This document shows, in pieces, positions 36,270 through 42,563 of a stretch of 42,563 nt of DNA. Position 1 is the first letter of the stretch. Every line of letters starts with the position of its first letter. The DNA lies in NCBI RefSeq assembly GCF_004010195.1, contig NC_057718.1, positions 24,128,605-24,171,167 of the forward strand, given 5' to 3'. Both the position numbers and the translations under genes were made by a program. The stretch is from Chiloscyllium plagiosum. Taxonomy: Eukaryota. The notes under the pieces were generated by a model. It saw nothing but the letters and a program-made list of their open reading frames with translations. It was not told the DNA's origin and did not search any database.

Positions 36270-36800
36270 GAACCTCCCTAATTTTATGCTCATTCCTTTT
36301 GAAACGAAGGCCAACATTCCATTTGCCTTCCCTGTTATCTCTTAAACTTGGGTATTAGCTTTTTGTGATTTTATGCCAAACACAGACTCAAAAATCCTAC
36401 TTCTGCAGTCTGTCTTCATTTAAATAATATTCAGCTTTTCTATTGCTGCCAAAGTGCATTACCTCTCAATTCCCCTCATTATATTCCATCTGCCAAGTTT
36501 TTGTCCGTTCACTTAACCGATCCCTCTCTAGTCTCTGTCATCCTCACCACTTGTTTTCCACCTATTCTGTCAATAAAACTGTTCATTTTTTCTCATCAAA
36601 GTCATTAATATGTAATGTAAATAATGGTGGCCTCAGCACTGGTCCCTGTGGCACATCACTAGTTACAGGTTGCCATAGTGAAAATGCCCCCTTGTCTCAA
36701 GTGTCTTCTATTAATTAGCCAATCCTCTACCTATGCTAATATACTATTTCAAAACCATGGGCGGTTATACTTTAGAGTCATCTAATTTGTGGTATCTTCT
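36270..36800 (-). mobile_element. Old CR1 RT fragment
   Basis: Minus strand encodes VTSDVPQGPVLRPPLFTLHINDFD (GVPQGSVLGP...INDL motif) and a WQMEYN remnant. Confidence 0.85.
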
Positions 36801-36970
36801 GAAAAAGAACAGGAAATAACATCACCAGCCCAAAGAAATCCAAACATATAAATAGAAAGCCGGAATCATGTACACTGCTTCGCCTGAGACCCACTGAAGA
36901 TGTTACCTTGTAGAGTGACGAAACGTCTGGAATCTAACTTCCCAGCTCAGCGAGCAAACCGACATCCAGA
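36800..36970 (+). mobile_element. pLTR of a second Penelope-like family
   Basis: Reverse complement of 39614-39790 and 42440-42563 (cagctcagcgagcaaacc, ataaatagaaagc); contains a hammerhead. Confidence 0.85.
36891..36930 (+). ncRNA. Minimal type I hammerhead ribozyme
   Basis: CCA-CUGAAGA-U-GUUAC-(8 nt)-GUGAC-GAAAC-GUC-UGG: helix I CCA/UGG, a 5-bp helix II, an intact core and a palindromic ACGU helix III. Confidence 0.75.
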
Positions 36971-37545
36971 TTGTACTGTATTCCCTGTGTACAATGTCAC
37001 CTGCACATTATGGAGACCAAATGTGGATTGGAGGATCACTTTGTGTAACACCTCCCTTCAGTTGGCAAGCGTGAACTAAAGCTTCTAGTTGCCTGTCATT
37101 TTAGTTCTCCACTTAGCCTCAACTCTGATCTCTGTCCTTGGTCTCCTGCACTGTTCTGTTCAAATTCCACAAGCTTGAGGAACAACACAACTCCTTTCAT
37201 TGAGGCACTTTTCAGCCTAGGGCTCAACATCATGATCACTAAGTTAATGTTATCTTCCAACTTCTTTCAAGAGCCAAAGCCATAGGAACACTACAGTTCC
37301 CATTTACATCTCTTTGAAATCCATCTTCCATTTCTTTATTTTTCCATCACTATCATCAAACTTTTTTTGATTGCACAGATACTCCTCCTTATTCTTTTCT
37401 CCTCTTCCCTCTGTCTCACCTCTTTCTTGAAACATGTTGTATCTCTAACTTCCAATCCTGACAAAGTTTGTTAAACTGAAGCATTAACTTTGATTTCCTT
37501 TGCACAGATGCTGCTTTATGTGAGTGTTTCTCTGTTTTATTCACT
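36971..37545 (+). mobile_element. Old Penelope-like element fragment (decayed GIY-YIG and pLTR)
   Basis: Remnants YCIPCVQC, ETKCGLEDHF, VACHFSSP, SVLGLLHC and KLEEQH, then cacagatgctgc pLTR remnant at ~37504. Confidence 0.75.
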
Positions 37546-37651
37546 GAGCAACTGCCCATTATGTTACATATAGTAGATTTGAGGCTGTGGACTGGATTTA
37601 GTGGTTAGTAGCAAAGCACCTGTATTTGCTACTTTACACAATGTTTAGCAA

Positions 37652-38206
37652 TCTCTTCAGTGTGGTTTCCTGCTTTCACTATTAGAGACAGGTTTTAAAC
37701 TGCAAATCGAGTGGATCTCCTGGTGTCCAGCAGCACTGGTGTCAGCAGTTGGGGTCAGGTGCCAATTACAGTGAAGTATTTTCACAAGTAAACTAAGAAA
37801 TTAAATGAGAGAATTTTTTCTTTCATTTTAACTTTGCAAGATAGATATGAATTGATATAAAAGTTAAAATCACAATACAGACAAAACATTCTAAAAATGT
37901 GAAACCATTGCATCATGAATAGTTATAATCATCAAATATTCATGATGCAATGGTTTCACATTTTTAGAATGTTTTGTCTGGATTGTGATTTTAACTTTTA
38001 TATCAATTCATATCTATCTTGCAAAGTTAAAATGAAAGAAAAAAATCTCTCATTTAATTTCTTAGTTTATTTGTGAAAATACTTCAATGTAATTGGCACC
38101 TGACCCCAACTGCTGACACCAGTGCTGCTGGACACCTGGAGATCCACTCGATTTGCAGTTTAAAACCTGTCTCTAATAGGGAAAGCAGGAAACCACACTG
38201 AAGAGA
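37652..38206. repeat. Long near-perfect inverted repeat (270-bp arms, 15-nt spacer)
   Basis: Arms 37652-37921 and 37937-38206. By eye there are 6 substitutions and no indels. Confidence 0.97.
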
Positions 38207-38292
38207 ATGGGTACCCATTCTTTTTGAACACACGGTATAGGTGATTTTCCTATGCTCTGCATAGTTCCTCTGTGCTGCAGTGTGTGTTGGCT

Positions 38293-38548
38293 TGTGTGTG
38301 GAGTTTGCAGATTCTCCCCGTGTCTGCGTGGGTTTCTTCTGGGTGCTCCTCCCACGATCCAAAGATGTGCAGGTTAGGTGAGTTGGTCATGCTAAATTGC
38401 CCGTAATGTTAGGTGCATTAGTCAGGGGTAAATGTAGGGGAATAGGTCTGGCTGGGTTGATCTTTGGAGGGTTGGTGTGGACTTGTTAGGCCGAAGGGCC
38501 TGTTTCCACGCTGTAGGGAATATAATCTAATCTAATCCTATCCAATCT
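38293..38548 (+). mobile_element. 5'-truncated HE1-type SINE
   Basis: Begins in the V core (tgtgtggagtttgcagattctccccg), ends with gggccgaagggcctgtttcc-like tail and taatct repeats. Confidence 0.95.
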
Positions 38549-39613
38549 GCACTTCAGGGCCATTGAGGATGTTCCTGATGTTATGTAGTTCACATCCAGT
38601 TTATAAATTTGATTGCATCTCATTCTGAACGGTATAACTCCTTCAAGTGCTTTTACTGCAATACCAACAATGAACGTGGAAGTTCTTTTCGGTACATTGT
38701 TTCTGTTGATTAGACTCTGGCGGTAACAGTACACCTTCTGCAGGAGATTTACACTTTTGTATATTTCCATTTTCTATTGCACTTATGCAAACTCTCAAAG
38801 TTGCTGTCAGCCTCATTAGAATGATGATGCATCTGATGGTAGTGACAGCAAAGCTACCATCAGATATGGGTGTCTGTTTTTTTACTTGAATTGCAACTAG
38901 GTGAGGTGGTGAAATGGCTGTTTTCTTTAACCCACCTCAACTGGTCACAAATAATTTTGTTTAGCATGCAGCTATATCACACACAGCAATTTGAAGATCT
39001 GATAAACTAGATCTAAATGAAGGAGCCTATTACAAGTTTTTCCTGAGTGAAGGAAAGTAATTTTAATACCAGAAAAAAAGAATAAAATAGCAGCATTCAG
39101 AACGCTTAAATACAGGCTTTAAAGTTGGAGTGTTTTGTACAAGCAGGTCCTCCTATGCACGTGTTTAGAATCTTTGAGTCATTACATTTTTAAAATGATC
39201 GCTGTTGTTTAATTGTTGACTTGTGCTCTCTGACCGACTGGCAAAGTTTGCAAACGTCCCTCATTCTCAGCGAGTGGTTGGCTTCCCAGTTTGTTCGTTC
39301 AATGGCTGCTGTTTGCAAGATGATCAGAGAAACAGGGAGAGTTGGAAAGACAAACAGGTTTTTTAATTTTACTTAAGTTCCATTTTCTTCCCTCTTATCT
39401 GCCGCTCAAAAGCATCTGCTAAAACATAGTTCATTGTGTATTTCTGAATCCAGTTCCATCGCCTTTTATGTTGGCAGTTGAACCTTTCGTCTCCCCAGTA
39501 TGTGAAATTTTCATGCACATGTGAATTAAAACAGCTAGGAATTTCATGCTGACTCAATTGCCTGGTTTTGAGGTTTTCAGATAATAAAATGATAATTTCA
39601 TTATAGATGAGTT

Positions 39614-39862
39614 TGTTTTGGATGTAGGTTTGCTCGCTGAGCTGGAAGGTTTGTTTTCAGATGTTTTGTCACCATACTCGGTAACATCAGTGAGCCTGTG
39701 GTGAAGCGCTGGTGTTAGTGACTCGCTTCCTATTTGTGTTTCGGTTTCCTTGCTGTGGTGGTGTATTTACTATTCCTTTTCTGAGAGTGGTAAATGGGGT
39801 CCAAGTCGATGTGTTTGTTGAGAGTTCCGGTTGGAATGCCATGCTTCTAGGAATTCTCTTGA
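39614..39862 (-). mobile_element. Second-family Penelope-like element 3' end
   Basis: Minus strand REFLEAWHSNRNS / NKHIDLDPIY (Poseidon-like endonuclease C-terminus, one frameshift), followed by a pLTR with a decayed hammerhead. Confidence 0.8.
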
Positions 39863-40579
39863 GTTTTTGTTCAGTGTCAGTCTCATGTGGTCAAGTGACC
39901 ACTGCAGCCAATTTCAGTATTTAATATTTTTTTCTTAAAACCATTTTAATCCATAAAATGTCTTTGGTCTAATTATCAGTTGGAAGCTAAAATTCATAAG
40001 TCCATATTTACCACTTTTGTAAAATCTTGAGGTGTTCTATAGTATAGCATAGTGTATTGTAGGGTTCACTGTCCTTTATTAACTGATTGAAAAGGCCAAT
40101 TATTGAACTATAATATCTTGCACATCTGGAAAATTAAATTTCTATTTCATATCCCTGTTTTTGTTAAAGTCAGTTTTTTTTTAAAATCCAGTAGGAGACA
40201 ACAAAAATATTGTGCGCGCAAAGTTTGGCAACACAAGAAGAAATATTTGAGGACTTTTAAGAGCTGTGATTTATCAACAATTGAATGGAAATTCTGGAGT
40301 TTCCCAGCTATGGACAAAGTCCTGTAGTTTAATACCACGACAGGGATTGCACTAGTTTTTGGCTGCATGAATCTAGAGACCTGTTAGCCTTCCAGACACC
40401 TGGGTCCAATACCCAACAGTGCTGGTATTTCTGTAGACATTACAGGAAGGAACAGGAAGCATTCTCCTCTTATGTAGTTAGCTCAACTCCAACGCGCTAT
40501 GAATTAGATTTAGTAGGGAGAATACTTAAAGCATATACTGTCGCCAAAGTGAAGTAGCAGTAAAGGAGTGTGTCATAAG

Positions 40580-40815
40580 AGGTGCAGTCTTTTAGAACAG
40601 ATATTGATTAGATTCCTGTAAGGGTGAATTTCTGTTTATGCAGGAGTAATTGAACTTTCTTTTTAAAAGAAGGGAACACTAAGCTCCTCCCTAGCTTCCT
40701 GCCCAACATGAATATTCCATATTCCTTCTCTTTGCGTCCCCCCCCCACACCAAACCAACATGGAAGATGTTAACTGTCATTAATATATTTTGTGGGACCT
40801 TTGTTGTACATACAC
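40580..40815 (+). mobile_element. Decayed SINE body, possibly Deu-domain
   Basis: ctccctagcttcctgcccaacat...caaaccaacat...ttttgtgggacctttgttgt loosely resembles the reverse complement of 28810-28880. Confidence 0.35.
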
Positions 40816-40818
40816 TGT

Positions 40819-41127
40819 GGAGCAGCATGGTGGCTCAATGGTTAGCACTGCTGCCTCACAGCACCTGGGACCCAGCCTCGGGCAATTGTCTGTGTGGAGT
40901 TTGCACATTCTCCCCTTGTCCGCGTTGATTTCCTCTGGGTGTTCCAATTTCCTCCCACAATCTCAAAAGATGTGCAAGTCAGGTGAATTGGCCATGCTAA
41001 ATTGTCCATAGTGTAAGGTGCATTAGTCAGGTGTAAATGGGTCTGGGTAGGTTACTCTTTGGAGGGTTGGTGTGGACTTGTTGGGCTGAAGGGCCTATTT
41101 CCACACTGTAGGGAATCTAATCTAATC
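40819..41127 (+). mobile_element. HE1-type SINE with B box deleted
   Basis: A box tggctcaatgg; gacccagcc shows loss of the gggttcRattcc block; full V core and aatctaatctaatc tail. Confidence 0.95.
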
Positions 41128-41361
41128 ATAAATTGATATACTTGTGGGTGAAGCAAGTAAATATGTTTCTGAAGTACCATGTTCGAATGTGAAGTTTTAT
41201 CAGATAGGATGTGATGAGATTGGGAAGAACCGAAGACATGTAAACATATTAATATACGTCTTCCAAGAATTAGGGAATCCAAAGTAGGTGCATGACTGAG
41301 CAATATTTTGATGAGTTGCATATCCTTTTCTTTTGCAATTTGTTTTTAATTCTGACAAAAA

Positions 41362-41467
41362 TTCAAGAACAAAAACAGAAGTTGCTGGAAAAGCTCAGCA
41401 GGTTTGGCAGCATCTGTGCAGAGAAATCAAAGTAGCATTTCGAGTCAGGTAACCCTTGCTCAAAACC
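41362..41467 (-). mobile_element. Penelope-like pLTR fragment (older family)
   Basis: aaaacagaagttgctggaaaagctcagcaggtttggcagcatctgtg is homologous to 23731-23815 and to the young pLTR arms. Confidence 0.75.
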
Positions 41468-42406
41468 TCTGATTTTGCTACTAATTTAAAGCAATTCCTT
41501 AAGTTTTTAAAAAATTCAAGAATATCTGGCACTCGGGTATTTCAAACCCACTTTTTTTTCTTCGTGATTGGTGTTTCTCTTAAGCTTGTCCATTTAGAGG
41601 TTTGTAACTTTTGTATAATTTTTTTTTCCATATCCTGCATCCTAACTGCTTAATTGAGTAACTTTTATTTGTTCACATTATAATCACATATTTACTTTGA
41701 AGTCATTTCTTTATTTCCGTTGATGACTAATATTAGACATGTGATTTTGAGCTATGGCACCTATTACAGGTAAAATAGCTGGGCATGGGACATAAGACTT
41801 CTAAATTTATGGCAAGGCTCGTTGCATTATATCCTTTCTGAAAGTGTAACTGTGTTTACAGAAGCACAGTAAATAATTCTGCTGCTTGAGAGAAATTTTC
41901 AATTTTTCTCTGAAACCAAGCTGTACACTTATAATCAAAGCTCTTGCAAGGCTGATTTAATGCCTATTACACATGGCTACTTTAAAGAGGAGTCACATTT
42001 GTTGAGACCACAATGCAAAATAGCATTACTGCTATATTTAAGATAAGATTTTTATGTTTTTTTTGTTGCGAGCACCAAAGTGTAATGCAACCTGTTTCGG
42101 AGTTCCAAAGTAGTAAATCATCGTGTCAATTGTGCTTATTTCTGCTATAATAATATAAAGTAATACTTAGGTGATTTATGAACTCCAGTATAGCATCAGC
42201 GTTGGATTGCTGCCTAAAGCTCAACTAACTATAGCCCAATTTCCATAGAACATGTATTTACAGGCCTGAAATTGTGCTAGTTTCCAGTATTGAAGGAATT
42301 CAGCTGTAAGAATATTGTGCTGCTACTATGTTGCACTTGAATATTTGTGATCTTTTGGGTCAATCCAGCAAAAAATATTTGTTAGATTACCACTCTTATT
42401 TGCAAG

Positions 42407-42563
42407 GTTTGTGAAGGTTTGTAGCTCAGGTTGAGGTTTAGGGTGTAGGTTTGCTCACTGAGCTGTAGGTTTGATATCCAGACGTTTCATTACCTGGCTA
42501 GGTAACATCATCAATGGCGACCTCTAAATGAAGCGAAGCTGTTGTCTCCTGCTTTCTATTTAT
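42407..42563 (-). mobile_element. Second-family Penelope-like pLTR running off the window end, with hammerhead variant at 42478-42517
   Basis: Minus strand CCA-UUGAUGA-U-GUUACC-UAGCCA-GGUAAU-GAAAC-GUC-UGG. Helices are intact and core C3 is changed to U. Homologous to 36850-36970. Confidence 0.85.

Overview
Eukaryotic, AT-rich, CpG-depleted vertebrate DNA. HE1-type tRNA-derived V-SINEs, HER1/CR1 LINEs and Penelope-like elements point to an elasmobranch (shark) genome; this is inferred from remembered repeat families, not a database search. The only host-gene sequence I can support is one 88-nt + strand exon (22269-22356, [29 protein letters not shown]) from the FH2 domain of formin-2, so the rest is most likely two long FMN2 introns. 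These contain decayed CR1, L1, SINE and Penelope-like element (PLE) fragments. Most notable: (i) short, young PLE-derived insertions with 12-15 bp target duplications, some folded back into 77-84 bp palindromes with a shared arm end and a ~35 nt one-sided tail, carrying minimal hammerhead ribozyme cores; (ii) a second PLE family with a well-formed minimal hammerhead at 36891-36930; (iii) a 270-bp-arm, ~98% identical inverted duplication at 37652-38206; (iv) a CR1 copy with twin-priming-like geometry; (v) an L1 3' end with a TT/AAAA site and 14-bp TSD. Nearly all ORFs in the supplied track are spurious or repeat-derived. Repeat boundaries are approximate unless fixed by a TSD.
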